DNA of 64,000 nt from Dehalococcoidia bacterium (GTDB lineage Bacteria; Chloroflexota; Dehalococcoidia; Lucifugimonadales; UBA3495). The position numbers and the translations under genes were made by a program. The DNA lies in contig OZ241860.1 in the NCBI GenBank assembly GCA_965203195.1, positions 1,986,334 through 2,050,333 of the forward strand. Direction: 5' to 3'. Below are positions 27,842 through 36,357 of the stretch, piece by piece. The notes beneath the pieces were generated by a model that did not search any database, was not told where the DNA came from, and saw nothing but the letters and a program-made list of their open reading frames with translations. Each line of letters begins with the position of its first letter. The stretch's first letter is position 1.

Positions 27842-28756
27842 ATGGCTACCCTGTCGGTGCGCGCTCCGGCCACTACTGCCAACCTCGGCCCCGGCTACGA
27901 TTGCCTGGGGATGGCCCTTGACCTGTGGAACCGCCTCACCGTAAGCACGGAGACGGCGGCGCCGGCGGTGCGCGTGCGCGGCGAAGGCGCCGGCGAACTG
28001 GCGGCGGATACGGAAAACCTGACCTACCGGGCGATGCGGTTTCTGTATGACGAAGCCGGCGTGCCGATGCCCCCGCTGGCACTGGAATGCGACAACGCCA
28101 TACCCCTCAGCCGGGGCCTGGGCAGCAGCGCGGCGGCCATCGCCGGCGGGCTGGTCGCCGCCAACGCCCTGCTGGACCATCCCTTTACGCCCGGCGAAAT
28201 GCTGGAAATGGCGGCCACTATTGAGGGGCATCCCGACAATGTGGCGGCGGCGCTGCACGGCGGCCTGCAACTGGTGGTGACGGACGAGGGCAGCCGCATC
28301 TACACCGCGCCCATCGGCGTCCCCGATGATTTGCAGGCGGCGCTGTTCATCCCGGAGCGGCGCATCGCTACGGCGGACGCCCGCCGGGTTCTGCCGGCGC
28401 AGGTGGGGATGGCCGACGCCGTGCATAATATGAGCCGCGCCGCCCTGCTGGTGGCGGGGATGATGGGCAACCGCCCGGAGTATTTGGGGATTGCCACGCA
28501 GGATCGGCTGCATCAGCCCTACCGCCAGGCGCTGTTCCCGGCGATGAAGGTTATTTTCGCCGCCGCGCGCAACGCCGGGGCGCTGGGCGTGTTTCTGTCC
28601 GGGAGCGGCAGCGTCATCCTGGCGTTGACGCGGGAACGGACGATGACGGTGGCCTACGAGATGTTTGACGCCGCGCGGACGGCCGGCGTGGAGGGCCGGG
28701 TGACCATCACCCAACCGGCGGCGCAGGGGGCGCACCTGATGCCGGCGGCGGAATAA
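27842..28756 (+). CDS. thrB: homoserine kinase
   Basis: MATLSVRAPATTANLGPGYDCLGMALD and PLSRGLGSSAAAIAGG (GHMP kinase motif). TATACT lies about 55 nt upstream. Confidence 0.9.
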   Translation: MATLSVRAPATTANLGPGYDCLGMALDLWNRLTVSTETAAPAVRVRGEGAGELAADTENLTYRAMRFLYDEAGVPMPPLALECDNAIPLSRGLGSSAAAIAGGLVAANALLDHPFTPGEMLEMAATIEGHPDNVAAALHGGLQLVVTDEGSRIYTAPIGVPDDLQAALFIPERRIATADARRVLPAQVGMADAVHNMSRAALLVAGMMGNRPEYLGIATQDRLHQPYRQALFPAMKVIFAAARNAGALGVFLSGSGSVILALTRERTMTVAYEMFDAARTAGVEGRVTITQPAAQGAHLMPAAE

Positions 28757-28776
28757 AACCTGGCCGGGTCTGCTGA

Positions 28777-30345
28777 TTACGCGGTGGCCGGCGGCGCTTT
28801 CGGCCGGGCCAGTTCGGCCAGATAGTCCGTGGCCCACTGGCGGGCGATGCGGAGTTCAATGCGCCGGTCAATCGCCCGGTCGCCGTACCAGCGACCGTTG
28901 CGCCGGTTATCCTGGCGCAGGGCGGTCAGCGTCATCGTGTTGGATTTGCGCTTGTTGCAGGGGCCGCACAGCGGGGCGCGGTTCTCCAGCTCGTTGCTGC
29001 CGCCTTCGGAATCGGGCAGAATGTGGTCCAGCTCCAGAAACTCGGCGGTGGGCGGCTCAAAGCCGCAGCCCCAGCAGCGGACGCCCCACTGCTCAACCAG
29101 GATGTCCAGCATTTCCTGGCGGCGCATTGTAGCCGGCCGGCGGCGGCGGTACACCGGCCCCAGATGCGGGGCGCTTTCGCCATCATCGGTGCGCGCGGGC
29201 GGGATGTAGCGGATTTCACAGGCGGCTTGCAGCTGGGGCATCAGGCTCTGCTGCTGCGCCTTGAAATCGTCAACATTGATGCCCAGACCGAGCAGACGGT
29301 TGGCGACGTGATAGGCGGCATCCTCGCGGCGGTCGATGCCCACCCAGCGGCGGCCCAGATTCTGGGCGGCAATCGGCGTGGTGGCACACCCGCAAAATGG
29401 GTCCAGCACAATATCACCAGGGTTTGAGCCCGCCGCGACAATGCGTTCATACAGGGCCAGCGGCTTTTGGTCGGGCGAGCCGGTGCGCTCGCGACGCGGG
29501 GCGTGCATCATATCGGCAATGTCCGTCCAGGTATCGCCAAGCATTACATTTTCGATGACATCATTGCCACGAGTCTCCAAGTCGTATCTGATTCTGATGT
29601 TACCGCTTGCCGTGCGGTGAATCCTACTTTCCGATTCCAGACGCGCAACGCTGGAATCGGTATAGTTCCCGCGTGGGGCCGTTTTAAAAGCCTGGCCGTT
29701 ATTGTCGATGCGGATGTGCGACGGGAGGGATGACTTCGGATGGCGGATTTCCCCGCTTACCCGGTTGTACCGGGCTTCGGGCGACTTGCCGTAAACGTAG
29801 ATAATTTCGTGGTTACGCGGGAACTGGCGGGATGTAGCCTTTCCTCCGCGGCCGCTTTTCCCATAAACCCAAATTACCTCGTTCCTGAAATTCCGCTTGC
29901 CAAAGATGGCGTCCAATACCATGCGGATATAGGCATTGGCGCTGTGGTCGCAGTGCAGGTAGATGCTGCCCGTCGGTTTCAGCACCCGGTGCATTTCCAG
30001 CAGGCGGACGCCCAGGAAGCAGAGGAACGCCGCCGTGTCGTCGTCCTGCGTCATCCGGGTGGATTCGATGACCTGGAACAGGGCCCGGTTTTCGTCCTGG
30101 ATTTGGTCCAGCCAGATGCGGTGGACGGGTTGCCAGAGCCACTGGTCAGGGCGGTTCAGCATAGTCGGGTCGTCGGCCCAGCGCCAGGCGTCCTCGTACT
30201 GGCTGGCCGAGGCGGCGCGGTTGCGCTTTTTGTTGAAAGGCGGGTCGGTGGCGATTAGGTCCACGGTTTCGCTGTTCATCCCGCGCAGGACATCCAGGTT
30301 GTCCATATTGTAGAGGACGCGGTCGGGGAAGTTCTGCTGGGCCAT
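28777..30345 (-). CDS. beta-class N4/N6 DNA methyltransferase fused to a C-terminal HNH endonuclease domain (copy 1)
   Basis: Motif IV LIATDPPFNKKRN, motif I VLDPFCGCATTPIAA, C-terminal CWGCGF...LELDHILPDSEGGSNELENRAPLCGPCNKRK (HNH). ATG 30345 has AGGAG upstream. Confidence 0.85.
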   Translation of the reverse strand: MAQQNFPDRVLYNMDNLDVLRGMNSETVDLIATDPPFNKKRNRAASASQYEDAWRWADDPTMLNRPDQWLWQPVHRIWLDQIQDENRALFQVIESTRMTQDDDTAAFLCFLGVRLLEMHRVLKPTGSIYLHCDHSANAYIRMVLDAIFGKRNFRNEVIWVYGKSGRGGKATSRQFPRNHEIIYVYGKSPEARYNRVSGEIRHPKSSLPSHIRIDNNGQAFKTAPRGNYTDSSVARLESESRIHRTASGNIRIRYDLETRGNDVIENVMLGDTWTDIADMMHAPRRERTGSPDQKPLALYERIVAAGSNPGDIVLDPFCGCATTPIAAQNLGRRWVGIDRREDAAYHVANRLLGLGINVDDFKAQQQSLMPQLQAACEIRYIPPARTDDGESAPHLGPVYRRRRPATMRRQEMLDILVEQWGVRCWGCGFEPPTAEFLELDHILPDSEGGSNELENRAPLCGPCNKRKSNTMTLTALRQDNRRNGRWYGDRAIDRRIELRIARQWATDYLAELARPKAPPATA

Positions 30346-30416
30346 TGTGGGGTACTCCTGTCCTGCGACCATACTGTTGCCGGTATAATGAGGATTTCCG
30401 CAGCACTGTCCGGTTA

Positions 30417-30446
30417 GATATATTGTATTTACAGCGTCCGTGTCAA
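30417..30446 (-). promoter_or_regulatory. near-consensus sigma70-type promoter for MTase-HNH copy 1
   Basis: Minus strand reads TTGACA (30446-30441), N18, TATATC (30422-30417). It is an AT-rich island in GC-rich DNA, about 70 nt upstream of ATG 30345. Confidence 0.45.
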
Positions 30447-30455
30447 GTTGGGGCA

Positions 30456-30537
30456 GTTCCCGGCGATGAAGGTTATTTTTGCCGCCGCGCGCAACGCCGG
30501 GGCGCAGGGGGCGCACCTGATGCCGGCGGCGGAATAA
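30456..30537 (+). pseudogene. remnant copy of the thrB 3' end (internal 141-bp deletion)
   Basis: 30456-30505 matches thrB 28534-28583. 30506-30537 matches thrB 28725-28756, including the TAA stop. The junction falls in a shared ggcgc microhomology. Confidence 0.85.
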
Positions 30538-30589
30538 AGCGGGGCCGGGCCGCGCCGGGCCGCTTGCCCGCATTGAATCGCCTTGCCGT

Positions 30590-32053
30590 CTATTCCCGCA
30601 ATTCCGCCGGCACCGGAAAGTCTTTGATAAATGACTTGGCGTATGACATCCAGCCGCCCTGGTAGGGTCGTCCGGTCTGCCGGATGTAAAAGTCCATATC
30701 ATCCGAATTCAGCGCCGACAGCAGACGCTTCCGGTCGACGCCGGGCTTGGGCTTGACGCAGTAGCCGGAATAAAAGGTCGCATCCGCGTTGGGGCAAACC
30801 TGAAAGTTGGGGCGCCGGTTCATGCCGGAGGTCAAAATCTTGTCGCCAAACCCGGAGACGATGGAAACCTGCCGGCCGAAAGCGTACCAGCGCGCCGGGT
30901 CAAATCGCCCCTTGTCCCGGTTGAGCAGCCGTTCCCGGTGGGAAATCAGCCACCGGTAGGCCACGGGAGCATTGGCGGCAATATCGCCTTCGGGCAGCAG
31001 CCGGCCGTGGTCATCATACGGGAAAATGGCGACGCGGCGCACCGGATCCTGCCCGTCGCGCATCACCGACGCTTTGACCACGGGGCGCAGGAGCCGGGGT
31101 TCCAGCCCGATGGCGCGGGCCTCGCCCGCCGGCAGGATGAATACCCGGTCGGCCAGTGTCTGTATGCCTACATGGATGTCCGCAACCGCCGCCAGGCGCG
31201 GCCCCCGGCGGGCCAGTTCCTGCATCCGCCGCCGTTCCGCCGCCGTGGCCGCCAACCAGGTATGCGCGGGATTGCCGGCGTCCAACGCGATTGCCCCGGC
31301 GTCATAGAAACGCGCGCCGTCATACTTTGATACCGGGATGTCTGCCGGCGCGCCGTCTTTTCGTATGATGGTGACGGCGGTGTAGGTGGTAACATCGTCA
31401 AAGACTTGGTGTTCGCCGAAGTCAATAATTCGTTCCACCCGGTGGGATTGCGCCAGCAACTGGCGCAGTGCCGCCCCGGAGGCCGACCGCAGCCAGCTGG
31501 AGGGGGCAATGTAGCCCAGCAAACCGCCGCTGCCGAGCAGGGCCAATCCCAGCTCGTAAAACACCAGGAACAAATCAGTGGCGCCGCGCGTAACGCGCCA
31601 GCGGCCGGCGATGCGATGGCGGCCTGACTGCTCCAGATGCTGCACCCGCACATAAGGCGGGTTGCCGACGATATGCGTAAATCGGCCCCAATCGGCGGCG
31701 AAAGCGTCCCGGTCAAAAGCATTTCGTACTTGCAGGTTCCATTGGACCCGCGCGCCGGGATGCCATTGAGCCAGAGTGTCATCCAGGCGGGAGCGGCAGC
31801 GGGCGATGGCGGCGGCGTCTATGTCGTAGCCGGCCATACGGCCCAGAGCGGCCAGGGCATCGGCGCGGCCCAGGCGCGTCAGCAGCCGGCGGGCCACGGC
31901 GACCAGAAAGGCTCCTTCGCCGCAGGCCGGGTCGCAGATGGATGCCGCGCCCAGCCCGTCGGCGCCGGCCGGCAGCGCATTGTCTAGTACCAGAGCCACG
32001 ATGGACGCCGGGGTATAGACTACGCCTTGCCGCTTGCGGGTGGAAATACTCAT
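30590..32053 (-). CDS. gamma-class N6-adenine DNA methyltransferase (Eco57I/TaqI-like), M subunit of type II R-M pair 1
   Basis: VVYTPASIV, motif I ICDPACGEGAFLVA, motif IV IVGNPPYVRV. The ATG overlaps the upstream R gene stop (ATGA). Confidence 0.85.
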   Translation of the reverse strand: MSISTRKRQGVVYTPASIVALVLDNALPAGADGLGAASICDPACGEGAFLVAVARRLLTRLGRADALAALGRMAGYDIDAAAIARCRSRLDDTLAQWHPGARVQWNLQVRNAFDRDAFAADWGRFTHIVGNPPYVRVQHLEQSGRHRIAGRWRVTRGATDLFLVFYELGLALLGSGGLLGYIAPSSWLRSASGAALRQLLAQSHRVERIIDFGEHQVFDDVTTYTAVTIIRKDGAPADIPVSKYDGARFYDAGAIALDAGNPAHTWLAATAAERRRMQELARRGPRLAAVADIHVGIQTLADRVFILPAGEARAIGLEPRLLRPVVKASVMRDGQDPVRRVAIFPYDDHGRLLPEGDIAANAPVAYRWLISHRERLLNRDKGRFDPARWYAFGRQVSIVSGFGDKILTSGMNRRPNFQVCPNADATFYSGYCVKPKPGVDRKRLLSALNSDDMDFYIRQTGRPYQGGWMSYAKSFIKDFPVPAELRE

Positions 32054-32739
32054 GGCGACAGGCGTCTCAATTCAATGCGTCGGGCCATACGCGGGAAAAA
32101 CAGCGGGACGCGCAGCGCATTGTCCAGCGCGGCGCAGCCTTCGGCGCTGATGCCCATTGCGGCGGGGTTGGCAATGCCGATTATGGCGTTGGCGTCGGTA
32201 TCCAGCTCAGCAATGCCGATTGCCATTTCCTGCGGGGCGTGAATATGCTCGTGGTCGGCGCGGAGCCGGGCGTAGCGCTGGATGTCATTATCTCTGATGG
32301 CTTCCCGGCGCACAATCTGCCCGGCCCGGTTTTTGTAGGGTATAGGGTTGGTTACACAGAAAAGGTTGCCGTACACAATGTTGCGGCGACGCAGGTTGGC
32401 GGTTTCGCCAATCTGCTGCTCCAGGTAGTTGACGGAGTTTTGCCAGTAATTGGAGATGACAAACTTGACGCTGATTACCCCCAGTTCCTCGCCATCCCGC
32501 GCGACAAGCACATCAACATTTTTGTCGTAATACATACCGACAACGCCGGCTTCCTGCGCGCTGACCGGAGATTGCCCGGTGAAAGTGTACCCGTCTCCCA
32601 GCTCGCGACGCAACTCATCCTGCACCCAACCGTGCAGGACTTTGGTCTTTTCATTGGAACGAACGCCGTGCCGGAGTACCATCCGGTAGGATTCCTGCAT
32701 CGCCGCCAGGAAGCGTTGCTCTACACTGTCGGTTGGCAT
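32050..32739 (-). CDS. putative type II restriction endonuclease (R subunit of pair 1)
   Basis: 229 aa with a PD-(D/E)XK-like KNVDVLVARDGEELGVISVKFVISNY. 4-nt overlap with the methylase gene. GC visibly lower than in the neighbouring genes. Confidence 0.6.
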   Translation of the reverse strand: MPTDSVEQRFLAAMQESYRMVLRHGVRSNEKTKVLHGWVQDELRRELGDGYTFTGQSPVSAQEAGVVGMYYDKNVDVLVARDGEELGVISVKFVISNYWQNSVNYLEQQIGETANLRRRNIVYGNLFCVTNPIPYKNRAGQIVRREAIRDNDIQRYARLRADHEHIHAPQEMAIGIAELDTDANAIIGIANPAAMGISAEGCAALDNALRVPLFFPRMARRIELRRLSP

Positions 32740-33045
32740 CTGTTCACCTCAATTTCAATAGCAAGTTACGCCAATGGGCATCTTGGTCAAAGCGTTGCCC
32801 AACCCGGCCATTGTTGGAACGATGGTACCGCAGAGCGTGGGTTGGGCGCAAGCGCTGCTGTACCGGGTTAGGATTATTCAAAACTCAGAAAGGATCGAAA
32901 CGCGCTACGAATTCCGTCACTTTCGTGAGCAATTTCCGCAATCGCCCGCGCATCGTTCCCACGCCAGATCACCAGCCATGTCCCCAATCGACTCTGGGGG
33001 ATTATAGCACCGCAGGCCCTCCAGAACGAACCCCACGAACGCGCG

Positions 33046-33078
33046 CCAAAGAAAACCGGCCGCTCGGCAAGCGGCCGG
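33046..33078 (-). terminator. intrinsic-terminator-like hairpin (orphan)
   Basis: Minus strand shows a 9-bp perfect stem ccggccgct/agcggccgg with a 5-nt loop, followed by ttttctttgg. It lies just outside the IS end and has no intact upstream gene. Confidence 0.45.
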
Positions 33079-33168
33079 CCCGGAACGCTATCGGCAGACA
33101 TCCAACAAACAGGACGCCAGCCTGCTTGGCCGACTATCCCACGCTACGCTCCGTCGCCTTTTTCGCCA

Positions 33169-33978
33169 GGCCGTGTTGACATTTCAGCGTAGCCAGATGA
33201 GGGCCGCCGCAAAATGCCAAAACCCCAAGTAGCGCCGGCTCAATTTCTCAAACCGGGTGAACACCCGCCGGTAGCGCTTCACTTTGCCAATAAAGCACTC
33301 CACCAAATGACGCTCGCCGTACAGGTCCGGATCATACACCACCACTACCTTCCGGTTGGAACGCCCCGGTATCACCGCCGTCATCCCCAACTCCGCAATC
33401 CACTCCCGCAGCCACTGGGCATCGTATCCCTTGTCCGCAATCACATACTCGCCGGCGTAGCCGGACAGCAACGCTTCGGCCTGGGTAATATCGTTCTCCT
33501 GGCCTCCCGTCAGGATGAACCGCAAAGGATTGCCCAGCCCGTCCACTGTGATGTGTACTTTGGTACTGAACCCGCCCCGACTGCGCCCTAACGCTTGAGC
33601 GTCTTGACCGCCCCCTTTTTCGGGGCGCCGGCGGCGTCGGGATGAGCGCGGACGATGGTACTGTCAATGATGAGGTATTCGGTGTCCGGGTCATCGGCCA
33701 AGTGTTGGTGGAGCGCCGTCCAGATGCCACGGTCGCACCAGTTGGCGTAGCGTCGGTAGATGGAGTTCCATTTGCCGTATTCCGCAGGCAGCATTCGCCA
33801 GGGGGCGCCGGAGCGGGCAATCCAAAGTACGGCGGTAACGAAGCGTCGGCAATCGGTTTCACAGCCGACGTAGAGGTCGGAGCGGCTGCGGAGGAAGGCG
33901 AGGATTTTGTCCCATTGGTAGGATGTCAGTTCCAAGTTTGCCATGCCGCAATGATAACACCAAAATGTCAACACGACC
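33169..33978 (-). mobile_element. IS5-family (IS427/IS1031-like) insertion sequence, copy 1
   Basis: About 17-bp terminal inverted repeats: GGCCGTGTTGACATTT at the left end and AAAATGTCAACACGACC at the right end. The element is about 810 bp and has a two-frame transposase. Confidence 0.85.
33184..33944 (-). CDS. IS5-family DDE transposase, orfA-orfB joined by a -1 frameshift
   Basis: orfA is MANLELTSYQWDKIL...GAPKKG. The slippery AAAAAG lies at 33620-33615. The -1 frame continues GGGQDAQALGRSRGGFSTKVHITVDGLGNPL...ADKGYD...ERHLVECFIGKVKRYRRVFTRFEK. Confidence 0.85.
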
Positions 33979-33980
33979 TA

Positions 33981-34790
33981 GGCCGTGTTGACATTTCAGC
34001 GTAGCCAGATGAGGGCCGCCGCAAAATGCCAAAACCCCAAGTAGCGCCGGCTCAATTTCTCAAACCGGGTGAACACCCGCCGGTAGCGCTTCACCTTGCC
34101 AATAAAGCACTCCACCAAATGACGCTCGCCGTACAGGTCCGGGTCATACACCACCACTACCTTCCGGTTGGAACGGCCCGGTATCACCGCCGTCATCCCC
34201 AACTCCGCAATCCACTCCCGCAGCCACTGGGCATCGTACCCTTTGTCCGCAATCACATACTCGCCGACGTAGCCGGACAGCAGCGCTTCGGCCTGGGTAA
34301 TGTCGTTCTCCTGGCCTCCCGTCAGGATGAACCGCAAAGGATTGCCCAGCCCGTCCACTGTGATGTGCACTTTGGTACTGAACCCGCCCCGACTGCGCCC
34401 TAACGCTTGAGCGTCTTGACCGCCCCCTTTTTAGGGGCGCCGGCGGCGTCAGGATGGGCGCGGACGATGGTGCTGTCAATGATGAGGTATTCGGTGTCCG
34501 GGTCATCGGCCAAGTGTTGGTGGAGCGCCGTCCAGATGCCGCGGTCGCGCCAGTTGGCGTAGCGTCGGTAGATGGAGTTCCATTTGCCGTATTCCGCAGG
34601 CAGCATTCGCCAGGGGGCGCCGGAGCGGGCAATCCAAAGTACGGCGGTAACGAAACGGCGGCAATCGGTTTCACAGCCGACGTAGAGGTCGGAGCGGCTG
34701 CGGAGGAAAGTGAGGATTTTGTCCCATTGGTAGGATGTCAGTTCCAAGTTTGCCATGCCGCAATGATAACACCAAAATGTCAACACGGCC
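33981..34790 (-). mobile_element. IS5-family insertion sequence, copy 2 (head-to-tail with copy 1, separated by TA)
   Basis: Same inverted repeats (perfect GGCCGTGTTGACATTT / AAAATGTCAACACGGCC). It is flanked by TA on both sides. It is near-identical to copy 1, with scattered substitutions. Confidence 0.85.
33996..34756 (-). CDS. IS5-family DDE transposase, orfA-orfB joined by a -1 frameshift
   Basis: Same architecture as copy 1, with the slippery AAAAAG at 34432-34427. Confidence 0.85.
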
Positions 34791-34850
34791 TAGGGTAGGG
34801 CAAAGTCCGGCGGCAGTACGGACGAACCGCAAAGGAGGGCAACCGGCCTT

Positions 34851-35309
34851 ATGAATCTGATGAACCGGGTGATCACCGGCGGCTACTGGGTGGCGTACTA
34901 CCTGGTCTATGCGCTCGGTGTGGTATATTTGACGTGCCATTTCCGGCGCGAGTTGCCGTTTCTGGTCGCCGGGCCTGGGCAGCTGGATTTGCACCAGCTG
35001 TTTATACTGGCCGCCATCTTCGCGGTGGCGGGGGGAACGGCGCTGTTCGTGGCAATCAATGTGGAGGTGACCGGACGCATGGTTTTGCTGATACCCAAAG
35101 CGTGGAACAGGGCGAAAGCCGAGGGCCGGGCGGAGGGCCTGACTACGGGTCGGGCGGAGGGCTTGACCGAGGGCCTGACTGTGGGGCAGGCCGAGGAACG
35201 GGACCGGGTGCAGGCCATTCTGTCCCGGTACGCGCGGCGCGACCCGGCAACCGGGGAACTTGTCCTGGACCGGGACGCCGAGGAACGCCTGCGCAACGGC
35301 AAGGGCTAG
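34851..35309 (+). CDS. small membrane protein with EG-repeat (paralogue of 1137-1574)
   Basis: Hydrophobic N-terminal half, then KAEGRAEGLTTGRAEGLTEGLTVGQAEE. Confidence 0.55.
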   Translation: MNLMNRVITGGYWVAYYLVYALGVVYLTCHFRRELPFLVAGPGQLDLHQLFILAAIFAVAGGTALFVAINVEVTGRMVLLIPKAWNRAKAEGRAEGLTTGRAEGLTEGLTVGQAEERDRVQAILSRYARRDPATGELVLDRDAEERLRNGKG

Positions 35310-35320
35310 GCTGCGCGCCA

Positions 35321-35432
35321 GCCGCGTTTCTTTATCGGGTGGTTTGGCGGCGGGCCGGCAGCCCATCCCGCCGGCGAAAGCCGGCCGGCCGGAATGACCG
35401 GAAAACCAAACCACCTGACCGGAAACGCTACC
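35321..35432. repeat. MITE/REP-like hairpin element, copy D
   Basis: The left arm is gccgcgtttc...ggtggtttgg and the right arm is ccaaaccacctgaccggaaacgctacc. The core is cccatcccgccggcgaaagccggccggccggaatgaccgg. Confidence 0.55.
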
Positions 35433-35555
35433 GCCTAACCGGGAACGACACCGGGGCGATAGCCGCAGCAGCGCTGGCCGCCGCCGGTGTAGCATCCCGC
35501 CGGCCGGTGTAGTATCCTGCCGGCTATGGACGCGCTGCCCGGCATTCCGCCTTCC

Positions 35556-35645
35556 ATTCCGGTTGAGCCGGTTCCGGTTGAACCGATTCGGACTGAACCG
35601 ATTCCGGTTGAGCCGGTTCTGATTGAGCCGGTTCTGATTGAGCCG
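35556..35645 (+). repeat. 15-bp tandem repeat (ccgRttcYgRttgaR, about 6 units) abutting the acetyltransferase ATG
   Basis: Read directly from the sequence. If translated from ATG 35526 it would encode (PVEPx)n. Confidence 0.7.
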
Positions 35646-36206
35646 ATGACGCCCGCCGACTGGCCGGCCGTGCGGCGCATTTACGCGGAGGGCATCGCCA
35701 CCGGGCAGGCTACCTTTGAGACGGAAGCGCCGGGCTGGGATGCCTGGAACCGCAGCCACCTGCCCCTATGCCGCCTGGTGGCCCGCGCCGCCGGCAGTGG
35801 CAACGGCGCTGATAGCGGCAGAGATGGCGATGGCAGTAGCGGCGGCAATGGCGGGAATAACGCCGGCGGCGTTCTGGCCTGGGCGGCCCTGTCGCCCGTG
35901 TCGGGCCGCGCCTGTTACTCGGGTGTGGCCGAACACAGCATCTATGTTGACGCCGCCGCCCGGGGACGGGGCATCGGCAAACTGCTGCTGGGCGAACTGG
36001 CGCGGCAGTCGGAAGCCGCCGGCATCTGGACATTGCAGAGCAGCATATTCCCGGAAAACGCCGCCAGCATTGCTATCCACCTGGCGTGCGGCTTCCGCAT
36101 CCTGGGCCGCCACAAGCGGGTAGCGATGCACAACGGCGTCTGGCGCGACACCGTAATTATGGAACGCCGCAGCAATGTAGTCGGAGTCGAAGGTATGCAA
36201 CACTAG
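35646..36206 (+). CDS. GNAT N-acetyltransferase, phosphinothricin-acetyltransferase-like, with Gly/Asn/Ser insert
   Basis: MTPADWPAVRRIYAEGIATGQATFETE...EHSIYVDAAARGRGIGKLLL...NAASIAIHLACGF. Confidence 0.75.
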   Translation: MTPADWPAVRRIYAEGIATGQATFETEAPGWDAWNRSHLPLCRLVARAAGSGNGADSGRDGDGSSGGNGGNNAGGVLAWAALSPVSGRACYSGVAEHSIYVDAAARGRGIGKLLLGELARQSEAAGIWTLQSSIFPENAASIAIHLACGFRILGRHKRVAMHNGVWRDTVIMERRSNVVGVEGMQH

Positions 36207-36340
36207 CATTGATTACAGGTACGATACTTGCTCTCGATGTCAACGGCTAGTTTGTCGTCGGCTTCTGCCAGCCGATACAACAAAGCAGAGATAGCGTACA
36301 TCTGGCTATCATAATCAAAATCGAAACCGGTATATTCCAT
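36203..36340 (-). CDS. 45-aa hypothetical ORF downstream of MTase-HNH copy 2
   Basis: Product is MEYTGFDFDYDSQMYAISALLYRLAEADDKLAVDIESKYRTCNQC. The ATG lies 18 nt after the methylase stop, with GGGGTGA upstream. The segment is markedly AT-richer than its surroundings. Confidence 0.3.
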   Translation of the reverse strand: MEYTGFDFDYDSQMYAISALLYRLAEADDKLAVDIESKYRTCNQC

Positions 36341-36357
36341 GATTGTCACCCCGCTTT

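Noticed and set aside
26813-28837. 674-aa minus-strand ORF
   Set aside because: It is antisense to the alkaline-phosphatase-family gene and thrB, and has no motifs.
35526-35645. N-terminal (PVEPx)n extension of the GNAT gene from ATG 35526
   Set aside because: It is encoded entirely by a 15-bp tandem repeat, whereas the conserved acetyltransferase N-terminus begins at MTPADW (ATG 35646). It is kept only as an alternative in the findings.
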